This document shows positions 27,292 through 36,231 of a DNA stretch of 51,238 bases, in pieces (position 1 is the first letter of the stretch; the number at the start of each line of letters is the position of its first letter). The stretch lies in the NCBI GenBank assembly GCA_031402315.1, contig JANNSF010000175.1, positions 1-51,238 of the forward strand, in the 5' to 3' direction. Source of the DNA: a bacterium (lineage in GTDB: Bacteria > CLD3 > SB21). Below the pieces are notes generated by a model. The model saw nothing but the letters and a program-made list of their open reading frames with translations. It did not search any database and was not told where the DNA came from. A program made the translations under genes and the position numbers.

Positions 27292-28806
27292 ATGAAACTT
27301 TTCCTTACTCTGATAGCGTTTGCAGCTTCTCTGGCTGCACAGTCCTCTTTGCCTCTTGACAGTATGGACGCCTACATTTCACGTGCGATGATAGTATGGG
27401 GTGTTCCGGGCGCCTCGGTCGCAATTGTGAAAAACGACTCCATGGTTTTTGCCAAGGGCTACGGTGTTAAAAGGATCGGGACAAAGGATTCGGTTAATTC
27501 TCAAACCAGTTTCGCCATTGCGTCCTTGACGAAATCTATGACGGCATCGTGCCTGGCTATTCTTGTTGATGAGGGCAAAATGAAATGGGACGATCCGGTT
27601 CAAAAATATGTGCCGGAGTTTCAGCTTTACGATGCGTATGTCACGCGCGAAATGACCATTCGTGACCTGCTCAATCACCGTAGCGGACTTGAGACGTTTA
27701 GCGGTGATTTGCTTTGGTGGGGCACATCGTACGACAGCAAAGAAGTTTTGCGCCGGGCGCGTTATCTCAAACCGAAATCCAGCTTTCGCAGTAAATACGG
27801 TTATCAAAATATTATGTATATGACCGCCGGCCTTGTTATCGAAAAGGTTTCCGGTATGAGCTGGCACGAATTCATACGCACGCGGATTTTTTTGCCGATC
27901 GGGATGAATTCGACCGTTACGAAGTTTTCGGATATTGCCACTCTGTCCAATAAAGCGACCCCACACTCTAAACTCGGAAAAAATCTATTCGTCGTTGATT
28001 ATCGCAATTGGGATAATATCGCGGCGGCGGGCTCAACGATCTCGAATGTCGAGGATATGGCCAAATATATTCGGTTACAATTAGGGCATGGTGCATTTAA
28101 GGGGCAGCGAATTTTTTCTGAAAAAGTTCAGTACGAAATGTGGAGCCCACAAACATTGGTTCAGATTTCCCAATTTGGCCTGCAATTTAATCCAACCCGC
28201 CACTTTAATACGTACGGTTTTGGTTGGGGAATGATAGACTATCGCGGCAAAAAGATACTTATGCACAGCGGGGGATACGACGGCATGATTTCCCAAATGG
28301 TTCTTGTTCCGGAGGATAATTTTGGTTTTGTCATCCTCACCAATAGTATTAGTAGTATGGCTTCTTCCTTGATATTTGGACTCATTGATCGGTCCATGGG
28401 AATTTATGATCGTGATTGGAGTGCGGAAATTCTTAAACTCTCCAAATCAGCGGAAGAAAAGGAAATACTTGAGGAAAAGAAAGCCGACAGTTTGCGGGTT
28501 AAAAACACAAAACCGTCTCTGGCTCTTGAAAAGTATGCCGGCACCTACAGCGGCGAATTGTATGGCGATGCAATTGTTGTGATTGAAAAAAACAAAATGA
28601 AAATCAAATTGGTTCCAACGGCGAGTTTAACCGGCACTCTTACGCATTGGCACTACGACACCTTCAAAATTGAATTGGACGATAAAAATCTACCGTCTGG
28701 TACGGTTCAATTTTTACTTAGTCCAAAAGGCGAAATTGATGAAATGAAAATCGACATTCCAAACCCGGATTTCGATTTTTTGGAATTGACGTTTAAGAAA
28801 AAGTAA
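27292..28806 (+). CDS. Serine hydrolase of the beta-lactamase/transpeptidase-like family (class C-like) with C-terminal lipocalin-like domain
   Basis: Signal peptide, S-x-x-K motif (ASLTKSM), a Y-x-N-like motif (YQN) and about 500 aa total length, typical of this family. Confidence 0.8.
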   Translation: MKLFLTLIAFAASLAAQSSLPLDSMDAYISRAMIVWGVPGASVAIVKNDSMVFAKGYGVKRIGTKDSVNSQTSFAIASLTKSMTASCLAILVDEGKMKWDDPVQKYVPEFQLYDAYVTREMTIRDLLNHRSGLETFSGDLLWWGTSYDSKEVLRRARYLKPKSSFRSKYGYQNIMYMTAGLVIEKVSGMSWHEFIRTRIFLPIGMNSTVTKFSDIATLSNKATPHSKLGKNLFVVDYRNWDNIAAAGSTISNVEDMAKYIRLQLGHGAFKGQRIFSEKVQYEMWSPQTLVQISQFGLQFNPTRHFNTYGFGWGMIDYRGKKILMHSGGYDGMISQMVLVPEDNFGFVILTNSISSMASSLIFGLIDRSMGIYDRDWSAEILKLSKSAEEKEILEEKKADSLRVKNTKPSLALEKYAGTYSGELYGDAIVVIEKNKMKIKLVPTASLTGTLTHWHYDTFKIELDDKNLPSGTVQFLLSPKGEIDEMKIDIPNPDFDFLELTFKKK

Positions 28807-28838
28807 ACCTGCTGGCATCTATTTAAAGGAGAACTACG

Positions 28839-29363
28839 ATGGCAAAGCTAATGGCATTCAATTTTCAAAAGTGGATTAACGAACATCGCGATTTATTGAA
28901 ACCGCCGGTCGGAAACCAGGTTGTCTGGAAGGACACTGAGTTTATTATTATGGTGGTTGGCGGCCCCAATGCACGACGCGATTATCACTACAACGAGGGC
29001 GAAGAGTTTTACTATCAGATCGAAGGTGATATTGTTCTTAAAATAATCGAAGACGGAGAACCGCGTGATATTGCTATTAATCAAGGCGATATTTTCCTCC
29101 TACCGCCGCGCACACCACATTCTCCAAGACGGCCCGCCAATACGATTGGACTTGTCATTGAAAGAAGGCGCGAGGAAAAGGAAAATGACGGCTGTATTTG
29201 GTTTTGTGAAAAGTGCGGCAATAAACTCTATGAGGAGTTTTTCTTTTTGACCAATATCGTCACACAATTGCCACCCGTTTTTGATCGCTTTTATAATAAC
29301 CCGGATCTTTGTACGTGCAAGAAGTGCGGCACTAAAATGGAGCGTCCCGTTATAAAGTCATGA
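28839..29363 (+). CDS. 3-hydroxyanthranilate 3,4-dioxygenase
   Basis: 174-aa cupin with RRDYHYNEGEEFYYQIEGD and LLPPRTPHSP iron-site motifs. C-terminal rubredoxin-like CxxC..CxxC (CEKCGN...CKKCGT). A good Shine-Dalgarno (AAGGAG) lies upstream. Confidence 0.9.
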   Translation: MAKLMAFNFQKWINEHRDLLKPPVGNQVVWKDTEFIIMVVGGPNARRDYHYNEGEEFYYQIEGDIVLKIIEDGEPRDIAINQGDIFLLPPRTPHSPRRPANTIGLVIERRREEKENDGCIWFCEKCGNKLYEEFFFLTNIVTQLPPVFDRFYNNPDLCTCKKCGTKMERPVIKS

Positions 29364-29379
29364 CTAGCAGAGAGGGTTT

Positions 29380-29940
29380 TTGATCATGCTAATGGATGCT
29401 TTTTTGCCGGAATTTGAAGAAGCAAAGCGATATTCAATTCACATCAACGCCTCACCGGAGGTTGTTTTTGAGGCCATTAAGAGAACTGATTTCTTGAATT
29501 CAAAAATTATTTGGTTTCTTTTTTCCATCCGATCGATTCCATCCATTGTTACCGGGAAGTTCAAGTTTCATACGGCCGAACCCGTTACTATCCAGAGCAT
29601 GGAAAAATCCGGCTTTGTCTTTCTCGGCGAAACCCCTAACGAAGAATTGGTCATCGGTGTTGTTGGCCCGTTTTGGAAATTGACGGGTAATATCTGTAAG
29701 GACGTCTCATCCGATTCTTTTCTTGCATTCAACCGGCCCGGAAACGCTAAAGCGGTTTGGAATTTTATGGTCAAGAACAATTCCTCCGGGACGGAATTGT
29801 CCACAGAGACACGTATTCATTGCCTGGATAAAAAAAGTTTGCAATCCTTCAAGCGATACTGGTTTTTTGTCGGGTATTTTAGCGGAGTTATTCGAAATGT
29901 CATGCTTAAGATGATAAAAAGAAGCGTTGAGCGTACTTAG
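29380..29940 (+). CDS. Hypothetical protein, possibly SRPBCC/START-like
   Basis: The ORF has coding-like composition, and N-terminal segments (YSIHINASPEVVFEAIK) recall the SRPBCC fold. TTG at 29380, with ATG alternatives at 29386 and 29392. Confidence 0.35.
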   Translation: MIMLMDAFLPEFEEAKRYSIHINASPEVVFEAIKRTDFLNSKIIWFLFSIRSIPSIVTGKFKFHTAEPVTIQSMEKSGFVFLGETPNEELVIGVVGPFWKLTGNICKDVSSDSFLAFNRPGNAKAVWNFMVKNNSSGTELSTETRIHCLDKKSLQSFKRYWFFVGYFSGVIRNVMLKMIKRSVERT

Positions 29941-30038
29941 GTTTATGGTTGCAGATTGTGGCGTTCTGTTTTAATAACGATATTCCAGCACATTTTTATT
30001 CTGGAAATTGTGATAGCCAACTATAGAGAGGAGAAATA

Positions 30039-30374
30039 ATGGATAATAATCTGCCGAGTTCTTCAGTGTTTTCTTTTTTGGCACAATTGCCACTTCTCGT
30101 CACCTGGGTCGTTGGTTTTGCAATTGCGGCCGCTCAAAAGGCCCGTCACCCTCGGAAAATGACGCTGGTCATGATGGCACTTGGCATATTCATTTTTAAC
30201 TGGTGTGGTCATATGGTCATGAGTTTCGTTATTCCTCGCCTTGCAACCTACGATAGTATGTCGTGGATGTTTTTTGCGCAGAATATGGTGTCCATGCTGG
30301 TTTCAACCGTCGCATGGATTATTATTCTGATTGCAATCTTAGGAGGGCGTGAGGAGGTTTCTCGATTAAATTAG
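30039..30374 (+). CDS. Small membrane protein (3 predicted TM helices), function unknown
   Basis: 111 aa, strongly hydrophobic. A Shine-Dalgarno (AGGAG) sits 6 nt upstream of the ATG. Confidence 0.45.
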   Translation: MDNNLPSSSVFSFLAQLPLLVTWVVGFAIAAAQKARHPRKMTLVMMALGIFIFNWCGHMVMSFVIPRLATYDSMSWMFFAQNMVSMLVSTVAWIIILIAILGGREEVSRLN

Positions 30375-30375
30375 A

Positions 30376-31149
30376 TTACGTCAACCGTAGAACCGGCTCA
30401 ATAAATTTGAGTCGCTCGTCGCCGGGATAGTAGACCTTTTCAAGATAGAGCCCTGACGGCGGAGCGGTTAACTGAGCCGGCGCCGTCGAAAATTTTTTGA
30501 GTAGTTGTTCGACGTTTTCAGAAGTCATATTGCCCCTGCCCACCTCAACAAGAACACCCACCATTTGACGCGCCATCTTCCAAAGAAAATGTGAACCGAC
30601 AACACGAAGCAAGATTAGCTCTCCATGCTCTTCGACGCGAAATTCCTCGATCTGAACTCGTGCCGACTCGTGTTCTCCATCCTTTCGCGTGAAAGATTCA
30701 AAATCATGCATGCCTTCAAAAATTCTTGCAGCCCGCTCCATATTTCCAAAATGGAGTTTGTCTTTGATCCACCACACCATTTTTTTACCAAATGCCGTTC
30801 GGCGTCTTGAAATTTGGTAAAGATAGCTGCGACCCGTGGCATCGTGACGGGCATGAAATTTTGGATTAGTTTTTTCCAGGTGGACAATATGAATATCGGG
30901 CGGCAAACGATCGTTGATATTAAATCGTAAACGCGTCGGGTCGTGATCTACAGCGTCCAAATGGGCGACCTGACCAAGTGCGTGAACACCGGAATCCGTT
31001 CTCCCGGAGCCCTGCAGATCAATAGTTTGCGTCGGAAAGACATCCCTGACGGCCTTGATAATTTCACCTTGTATCGTTCGAGCATCGTTTTGAACCTGCC
31101 ACCCGCTGTAACGCGTGCCGTCGTATTCGATGATGAGCTTATAGCGCAT
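30376..31149 (-). CDS. truA: tRNA pseudouridine(38-40) synthase TruA
   Basis: MRYKLIIEYDGTRYSGWQ N-terminus and the catalytic-Asp motif GSGRTDSGVHA. Length 257 aa. Confidence 0.95.
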   Translation of the reverse strand: MRYKLIIEYDGTRYSGWQVQNDARTIQGEIIKAVRDVFPTQTIDLQGSGRTDSGVHALGQVAHLDAVDHDPTRLRFNINDRLPPDIHIVHLEKTNPKFHARHDATGRSYLYQISRRRTAFGKKMVWWIKDKLHFGNMERAARIFEGMHDFESFTRKDGEHESARVQIEEFRVEEHGELILLRVVGSHFLWKMARQMVGVLVEVGRGNMTSENVEQLLKKFSTAPAQLTAPPSGLYLEKVYYPGDERLKFIEPVLRLT

Positions 31150-31152
31150 GGG

Positions 31153-31866
31153 TTAGAGGTAGTGACCGATCATACGCTGCCAATACGGCCAGTCGTGACC
31201 GACACCGTTTTCCCAAAAAAAGTACCGGTGCCGGATTCCGCGGCGGTTTAGAAGATCGTGAAAATACTCATTCCGTTCGCGACAAGGATCGAGATCGCTC
31301 GTCACGATGGTGATTTCTGTTTTGGTATTGTATTGATGTAAGTACGCCGGATCGGTTAGATTTTGAATAAAATGAGCGGGGTTGTTATAATAGCAATTGT
31401 CATCGTAATAGCCATTCAAAAAGCCCTGGATAGAAAAGGAGCCGCTAAGGCTTATGGCTTTATCAACAAGCTCCGGATGACGCAATGCAAAATTAAGAGC
31501 GTGATAGCCTCCAAAACTGCACCCCAGCAGGGTGAGATAACCGGTACCGGTTTTTTGCCGAAGATAAGGTAGAAATTCATGAATTAAGTATTCTTCATAG
31601 AGAAGATGTCTCCTGACTTTTTCAGCGGGATGGATTTGATCATTGTACCAACTCTCGTTGTTGATCGAATCCACGCATAAAATCTGGATTAGGCCTTGCT
31701 CTATTTTTTCGGCAAGGGGATCGATCATGTGACGATCTGAAAACTCATGAAGGTTGCCCAGGGTCGTTGGGAAAATAACAACCGGAGCGCCTGCATGACC
31801 GAAATGCTGAAAATGCATGTCTTTTTGAACTCGATCTGAAAACCACCCATGAATGTAGTGCTGCAT
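31153..31866 (-). CDS. Esterase family alpha/beta hydrolase
   Basis: Nucleophile elbow GCSFGG plus a C-terminal His context (GVGHDW). Size and pattern fit the putative-esterase family. Confidence 0.65.
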   Translation of the reverse strand: MQHYIHGWFSDRVQKDMHFQHFGHAGAPVVIFPTTLGNLHEFSDRHMIDPLAEKIEQGLIQILCVDSINNESWYNDQIHPAEKVRRHLLYEEYLIHEFLPYLRQKTGTGYLTLLGCSFGGYHALNFALRHPELVDKAISLSGSFSIQGFLNGYYDDNCYYNNPAHFIQNLTDPAYLHQYNTKTEITIVTSDLDPCRERNEYFHDLLNRRGIRHRYFFWENGVGHDWPYWQRMIGHYL

Positions 31867-31933
31867 ATTTCTCCTCTTATAAACTATTCTTAGACACCTC
31901 TATCTATGTATTCTTGAAATGCCGAATTGATGT

Positions 31934-32683
31934 TCAATCAACGCCTGTCATCGCTTGGAGTTCCACGCTAACAGAACCGATGGCGATTTTACTCTTCATG
32001 AGGACCGGGATTTTCCGAATATCGTCGGTCAACCAGATATTTAAGTCACTTTTGTTGTTAAACGGTCCAATCGGCGTCTTGACTACGATGCAGTCAAACT
32101 CCCCCGCGGCTACTCTGATTTTCTCTCGTTTAAAAACCGTGACGGAACTGTATTTATAACGGCCATTGTCAAATGTGGCAAGTATAATCTCTTGTCCAAT
32201 TTGCATGGGTTGATTACGTAAGTAGTAGAAGGAAGAAATAATATCTTGTAAAAACTCCGGGATTGAAATTTCATACTTTCCAGAATCCACATCGTCAATG
32301 ATGGCGCGCTTCTGATCATGAAAAAAGTCAACTGTGAAACTTCTTTTGGTTCCTCCTTCGGATGTTTTTTTGACATACTTCAAAGGATATAGACCCTCCT
32401 TGTCGAAATAACTTTCAAGCCGGTCGTCGACAGGATAAAGCGAAGAAAAAAAGGAATTCGACTTCGTTGTTGCGGTTATCAGAAAACACGGTCGATCGCG
32501 GTACAAGCTTTCGCTTTCTACGGCCAGAATTGCGGTACCTGCATTAATAAATTCCCACCCTATAGAAAAGGTCAGCGATTCGCCGATTCTAAAGGCGTGA
32601 TTTTCGATCTTACGGAGCGGCTGGGTCTGGAGATGGCCCAAAGGGAAAATAATCGAAAATATCGCAGAAAGAACGATGGTCAT
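31934..32683 (-). CDS. DUF3108-like protein
   Basis: Signal-like N-terminus and the pattern FRIGESLTFSIGWEFINAGTAILAV...VAAGEFDCIVVK, typical of DUF3108 as I recall it. Confidence 0.5.
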   Translation of the reverse strand: MTIVLSAIFSIIFPLGHLQTQPLRKIENHAFRIGESLTFSIGWEFINAGTAILAVESESLYRDRPCFLITATTKSNSFFSSLYPVDDRLESYFDKEGLYPLKYVKKTSEGGTKRSFTVDFFHDQKRAIIDDVDSGKYEISIPEFLQDIISSFYYLRNQPMQIGQEIILATFDNGRYKYSSVTVFKREKIRVAAGEFDCIVVKTPIGPFNNKSDLNIWLTDDIRKIPVLMKSKIAIGSVSVELQAMTGVD

Positions 32684-32707
32684 GATGGAGTGGTTATGAG
32701 TAAAATA

Positions 32708-33544
32708 CTATAATGGTTTTTGTGATATTTTCTGCTCAGCCATAGAAATTATTTTTTGAAAACTCTGATCGATCGTGGTATTGATATCCGCAAAAGTTTT
32801 TACATAGAAGTCCATGGAAAATCCCATAGGGTCGGGTACTGAGTCCGCGATGGTGACGGCCCGGTCTTTTCCGAATACTTTAAATAAGTAAGATTTGTGC
32901 CGCGCCCCCGGAAAATTTTCTTGAATAAAGTTAAGATGATCAATGGACATAGCGAAAATTAAGTCGGATTGTTCAATCAGAACACGATTAATAGCTTTCG
33001 AGCGATGATTGGCGATATCGACCCCGTTTTTCGCACAAACTTTGACAGAATTTTCAGAGGGCTTATTTCCATCGTAGGCATAGATGCCGCAGGACTCCAC
33101 CCACATTTTTTCACGCAGGTTTTCCGGTGCCTCAATCATCATTTTACGGCGGAACAGTCCTTCGGCCATCGGACTTCGACAAATATTTCCGGTGCAAACG
33201 AACAGAACAGAAAACATGTCATTAAATCGGTATGATCCCATATAACTCTCAAATATGTTGTAAGGTTGATTGCTATTCTCAGATGGACTTTTTGGAGCAA
33301 AAAGAGCCTTTTTCTTGATCGGCTTAGTTAAGAGCACCGTTTTCTCACTTTTTATGAGCTTCTTGGCCGCCTTTTTGTCTATTTTCTCTTTTTTTCTGAC
33401 TTTCTTAGATGAAGCTTTTTTAGCGTGTTTTGGATTTGCCTTCTTAAGGGGTCGTTTGGCTTTTTTACCTGCCGCTTTCTTAATGGATTTCTTGGCTGAC
33501 TTTTTCGCCTTCTTTTTTGCGACTGATTTTTTATTCTTTTTCAT
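32708..33544 (-). CDS. Low-molecular-weight protein-tyrosine phosphatase (or arsenate-reductase-fold) domain with ~110-aa lysine-rich N-terminal extension
   Basis: P-loop VLFVCTGNICRSPMAEG (CX5R-S) with a downstream DP motif (VPDPMG). The N-terminal region is about 45% Lys (KKKAKKSAKKSIKKAAGKKAKRPLKK...). It is in frame with no stop and fills the gap to the upstream gene. Confidence 0.8.
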   Translation of the reverse strand: MKKNKKSVAKKKAKKSAKKSIKKAAGKKAKRPLKKANPKHAKKASSKKVRKKEKIDKKAAKKLIKSEKTVLLTKPIKKKALFAPKSPSENSNQPYNIFESYMGSYRFNDMFSVLFVCTGNICRSPMAEGLFRRKMMIEAPENLREKMWVESCGIYAYDGNKPSENSVKVCAKNGVDIANHRSKAINRVLIEQSDLIFAMSIDHLNFIQENFPGARHKSYLFKVFGKDRAVTIADSVPDPMGFSMDFYVKTFADINTTIDQSFQKIISMAEQKISQKPL

Positions 33545-33579
33545 AGATGCATTACCTGAAATTAGTTGCCGTAATATTT

Positions 33580-34647
33580 TTATGCTGAAAGTCGATTTAC
33601 TTCTTGCACGTCCTCTTTTTCAAACACTTCCACTTCGAGACCCTCGGAACAATTGGTGCAGATCGGAATACTCTTTCGTTTCTCGAATACGTTTTTCCGA
33701 AATTGGAAATAGGTTTCATTTTTCCAGATTTTTTTCATTCCGCCCTCATCAAACACATTACCCAATGGATATTCTGCATTTTTATCAAAGCAGCACGGCG
33801 AAACAACGCCATCCCAATTGATCACCGGGCAAAGCAGAACCCATCGGCAAAAATTGATTTCGCCAAGCTTCATTTTTATTTCGCCGGCCTCATCCAATTC
33901 GTACCGCCGATATTTTTCATTGAGAGGCAGAAACTCTTCGGCCTGTTCTTTGGTATAGACCTGGGCTGTTTTGAGCGATAGGACTTGAGCGCCGCATTCT
34001 GTAGCAAGTTCACGAATCGTTTGAAGCTCGTGTTCGTTGTGTTTCATGACAATAAACTGAAGTTCAATCTCGGGGGTCCTTGAGTTCAATCGCTTTTTTG
34101 CGGCGGAAACCGCTTTCATACCCTCGTAGACTTTTTCAAATTTTCCGTTTACACGATATTTTTCATAGGTCTCTTGGGACGCACCGTCCACCGCAACGAT
34201 CAAGGTATCCAGACCTGATTTTACGATCGCGTCCGCATTCTCTTTTAGAAAGTGTCCATTCGTGCTGGTCATCGTGCGAATGCCTTTGGAGTTTGCGTAA
34301 GAGACCATTTCGCAAAACTCTCGGTTTACAAAGGGCTCTCCCTGACTCCAAAGTGTTAAGTGTAGAAGGTACGCTCCCATTTCATCCATTAGCACTTTGA
34401 ATTTATCTAATGTCATTATTCCGTTTTCGCGCGTCATGAGCTTACTACCTGTAATACAAAGCGGGCAGCGCAAATTACAAATATTAGTCGGCTCAATCAT
34501 CATGAGAAACGGATGACCCCATGCTACATTTTTTTTAGTCAATTTGTTTACACCATAAGATAGGACTGTAAGTCCCATATTAGGTAGTTTTCGCCAATTT
34601 TGAGGGCGTCTCAAAATTCTGGCCGCTTCTCTTAAGACATAATTCAT
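33580..34647 (-). CDS. Radical SAM enzyme with C-terminal SPASM-type auxiliary cluster domain
   Basis: CNLRCPLC (CX3CX2C) lies about 57 aa from the ATG at 34647. The GEPF and SGLDTLIVAVDG motifs are present. The C-terminal Cys-rich region (CRWVLLCP...SPCCFD...CTNCSEG) is SPASM-like. The ORF-track start at 34677 is a TTG. Confidence 0.85.
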   Translation of the reverse strand: MNYVLREAARILRRPQNWRKLPNMGLTVLSYGVNKLTKKNVAWGHPFLMMIEPTNICNLRCPLCITGSKLMTRENGIMTLDKFKVLMDEMGAYLLHLTLWSQGEPFVNREFCEMVSYANSKGIRTMTSTNGHFLKENADAIVKSGLDTLIVAVDGASQETYEKYRVNGKFEKVYEGMKAVSAAKKRLNSRTPEIELQFIVMKHNEHELQTIRELATECGAQVLSLKTAQVYTKEQAEEFLPLNEKYRRYELDEAGEIKMKLGEINFCRWVLLCPVINWDGVVSPCCFDKNAEYPLGNVFDEGGMKKIWKNETYFQFRKNVFEKRKSIPICTNCSEGLEVEVFEKEDVQEVNRLSA

Positions 34648-34753
34648 AAGTTGAAAATATCTTTTATTTAAGGTCAAAAAGCAAGCTAATGATTGGAATA
34701 CGAATTTATTATCAATGACTAAGTTTAAAACTCGCTACGTCGCAACATTTATC

Positions 34754-34806
34754 TTGACAATAAAGTATAGATTCATTATAGTCAATGAGATTGAGACGCA
34801 GTCTCA
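34754..34806 (+). promoter_or_regulatory. Near-consensus sigma70-type promoter (TTGACA-17 nt-TATAGT) followed by a 15-bp perfect palindrome (TGAGACgcaGTCTCA), a possible operator
   Basis: TTGACA at 34754-34759, a 17-nt spacer and TATAGT at 34777-34782. The palindrome lies at 34792-34806, just downstream of the expected start site. A Shine-Dalgarno (AGGAG, 34849-34853) precedes the ATG at 34858. Confidence 0.55.
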
Positions 34807-34857
34807 TTTATCTGTGAATTTTTAGAAGTTTTACCAATATCGTACAATAGGAGTTTC

Positions 34858-36231
34858 ATGAAAAAGATCGTCGGACTAATATTCGCTTCGTCTTCTATTG
34901 CTGTTCCGAGCAACGCTACGATTTTTCCGCCTAGTATCCCTCACATTATGAAGTACTTTTATACAGTACTCTGTTTCATTTTGCTCAGCGCTTCGGCATT
35001 TGCACAGTCTTCAGTCCAGGATTCATTACGGGAATTAAGCCGTCGCATCGATATTCTTGCTGAGGAAATGGAAAGAATGAAACTCGGTGAAGTGGCAGAT
35101 GTAAAATACGAGGGCTCACGGGGCCTTGGTCCGGCTGCTGCCAAAGTCTATCAATTGAAAAAAAGCGGCGTTTCGATCGCCGGTTACGGCGAAATGCTAT
35201 ACGAAAACTATACCCGAAAATTGGATAACAAAGAACCGTCAAAAAACCAGGATCAGTTTGATTTTCTGCGCAACATTCTATATATAGGTTATCGGTTTAA
35301 CGACTGGATTCTGTTTAACTCGGAGATTGAAATTGAGCATGGCTCTACCGGCAAATTCCGGAATGGAAAGCCAATAGGAGAAATTGGAATAGAGTTTGGT
35401 TATATGGAACTCATGTTCTCCAAACATGCCAACCTCCGCGTAGGCATGATGCTCGTGCCTGTTGGGATTGTCAATGAAAAGCACGAGCCTTCGACATTTT
35501 TCGGAACTAAGAGGCCTCAGGTTGAGCAGGTCATCATTCCGTCAACCTGGCGCGGCAACGGAGCGGGTTTCTACGGCGAGATAATTTCGGATGTGAGTTA
35601 TCGTATCTACCTTTTAGAAGGTCTCGATGCATCAGCTTTCACAGAAAGAGGTATTCGCGAAGGGCGTCAGAGCGGGGCGAAGGCGTTTGCGGAAAACCTA
35701 GCCCTAACCGGCCGTTTGGATTTCACGGGACTGGATGGCGCCATTCTTGGCGCGAGTTTCTTTAATGGCAATTCAAACCAGTCCATCGCGGATAGCCTTG
35801 ATAACTTTGATCCGGTGACAACGGTTTTTTCGGTCCACGGCGAATATGCTTGGAAGGGTTTGGAGGCGCGCGCGTTATACACACAGGTAAACCAAAAGGA
35901 TGCGGCACAGTTTCGGAAAGAGTACTATAGAACACTTGGTTCGAGAATGACGGGCTGGTACGCGGTTGCCGGCTATGACCTGATGCCACTCATTGTGCCC
36001 GGCACGACGCATTATTTTGCGCCCTTTGCGCAATACGAAAAATTTAACACACACGCGAAAGTACCCGAGGGACTTTCAAAGGACCGGTCGCTCGACCGAA
36101 CCATAAAGACAGCCGGAATCACCTATAAACCGCATCCCAACGTGGCGTTTAAGATAGACTACCGCTGGAACGCCAACAAGAAAGGAACTGATAACGATCA
36201 ATGGAATATGGCCGTAAATTACCTTTTCTAA
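34858..36231 (+). CDS. Outer-membrane beta-barrel porin (OprO/P-like class)
   Basis: Signal peptide, an N-terminal coiled-coil segment (LRELSRRIDILAEEMERMKLG), alternating beta-strand pattern and a C-terminal ..AVNYLF (terminal Phe). The alternative start at 34948 (MKYFYTVLCFILLSASAFAQ) gives a cleaner signal peptide. Confidence 0.6.
   Translation: MKKIVGLIFASSSIAVPSNATIFPPSIPHIMKYFYTVLCFILLSASAFAQSSVQDSLRELSRRIDILAEEMERMKLGEVADVKYEGSRGLGPAAAKVYQLKKSGVSIAGYGEMLYENYTRKLDNKEPSKNQDQFDFLRNILYIGYRFNDWILFNSEIEIEHGSTGKFRNGKPIGEIGIEFGYMELMFSKHANLRVGMMLVPVGIVNEKHEPSTFFGTKRPQVEQVIIPSTWRGNGAGFYGEIISDVSYRIYLLEGLDASAFTERGIREGRQSGAKAFAENLALTGRLDFTGLDGAILGASFFNGNSNQSIADSLDNFDPVTTVFSVHGEYAWKGLEARALYTQVNQKDAAQFRKEYYRTLGSRMTGWYAVAGYDLMPLIVPGTTHYFAPFAQYEKFNTHAKVPEGLSKDRSLDRTIKTAGITYKPHPNVAFKIDYRWNANKKGTDNDQWNMAVNYLF

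Noticed and set aside
33270-33821. 183-aa Phe/Leu-rich plus-strand ORF
   Set aside because: It is the complement of the AAA/AAG-rich polylysine coding region and of the 3' end of the radical SAM gene. Poly-Phe is the expected antisense artefact.
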